Shown in pieces: positions 63,393 to 64,000 of a DNA stretch of 64,000 nucleotides. The stretch comes from Acidobacteriota bacterium (GTDB lineage Bacteria > Acidobacteriota > Terriglobia > Terriglobales > SCQP01). The notes below the pieces were generated by a model that saw only the letters and a list, made by a program, of their open reading frames with translations, was not told the DNA's origin and made no database searches. Each line of letters opens with the position of its first letter. The first letter of the stretch is position 1. The stretch lies in contig SCQP01000008.1 in NCBI GenBank assembly GCA_004299485.1, forward strand, positions 132,341 to 196,340. Reading direction: 5' to 3'. The position numbers and the translations under genes were made by a program.

Positions 63393-64000
63393 ATGGCAAT
63401 GCCCAAATCCCCTGCTGCTGCTCCTGATCGCGCGTTTCCCTTTCTCCGCCTGAACGACCGCCCCGCCAAGCCGCGTACTGTCGGGCTGACAGAAATTCGC
63501 GGTCCTTACTACTCGCCCATGGGAACCCGCTATCTCACTGACGTGCTCGAGACCATGGGGTGGTATGTGGATTCGGTGAAGTATGCTGGCGGCTCGTTCA
63601 GCCTCATGCCGCGCAAGGCCGTCAAAGACCTCAACGATCTCTGCCACAGCCATAACGTGCTGGTCTCCACCGGCGGTTTCCTCGAACATGTCCTCACGCA
63701 GGGGCCGGAAGCCGTAAGCCAATACATCAACGAATGCAAGGCGCTGGGCTTTGACATCATCGAGATCTCCAGCGGCTTCATCACCATTCCCGGCGACGAT
63801 TGGATGCGCCTGATTGAAAAAGTGCAGAAGGCCGGGCTCAAGGCCAAGCCCGAAGTCGGCATCCAGTTCGGCGCCGGCGGCGCAACTTCGTCCGAAGAGC
63901 TGGCCGCCGAGGGTACGCGCGACCCGGAGGGCGCCATCGCACTGGCCAAACGCTTTATCGATGCTGGAGCCTACCTCATCATGATCGAGTCGGAAGGCAT
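63393..64000 (+). CDS. phosphosulfolactate synthase (ComA-family) homolog, 3' end outside the window
   Basis: My own translation: MAMPKSPAAAPDRAFPFLRLNDRPAKPRTVGLTEIRGPYYSPMGTRYLTDVLETMGWYVDSVKYAGGSFSLMP..FDIIEISSGF.., the ComA (PF02679) pattern. It is absent from the track because no stop lies in the window. Confidence 0.7.
   Translation, partial: MAMPKSPAAAPDRAFPFLRLNDRPAKPRTVGLTEIRGPYYSPMGTRYLTDVLETMGWYVDSVKYAGGSFSLMPRKAVKDLNDLCHSHNVLVSTGGFLEHVLTQGPEAVSQYINECKALGFDIIEISSGFITIPGDDWMRLIEKVQKAGLKAKPEVGIQFGAGGATSSEELAAEGTRDPEGAIALAKRFIDAGAYLIMIESEG

Overview
High-GC bacterial chromosomal segment, most likely Acidobacteriota. Evidence for that: two tandem ADOP-type duplicated permeases, a tricorn-type protease and BNR/sortilin-type secreted proteins. 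Most of the window is densely packed housekeeping genes: carAB, folD, coaE, an lptB-rpoN-rapZ block, msbA-like, recJ, pncAB, udg/nth, split metE and nrdJ. Many long ORFs in the track are antisense shadow ORFs typical of high GC and were not called.

Non-routine content:
1. A co-directional cluster at 36.7-40.2 kb. It encodes a single PduA-like BMC-H shell protein, an acylating aldehyde dehydrogenase with an unusual C-terminal extension, a bacterial eRF1-like (baeRF1) protein with a zinc ribbon, and a DUF1902 protein. CBS-DUF2267 and zf-UBP genes sit next to it.
2. A nearly identical 110-nt repeat in four same-orientation copies. It sits at or inside gene boundaries (rpoN/rapZ junction, inside a Cys-rich ORF, higB/higA junction, and one intergenic site).
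3. A second, older ~47-nt hairpin repeat in four copies, whose stem shows compensatory changes.
4. A clear fluoride riboswitch with a terminator platform in front of crcB.
5. A variable region downstream of tRNA-Glu (41.6-51 kb) with an ISL3 transposase remnant, two HigA-type modules, DUF4236 and decayed genes.
6. Several short tandem repeats at gene boundaries.

All calls rest on reading the sequence and on remembered family signatures. No database search was possible.
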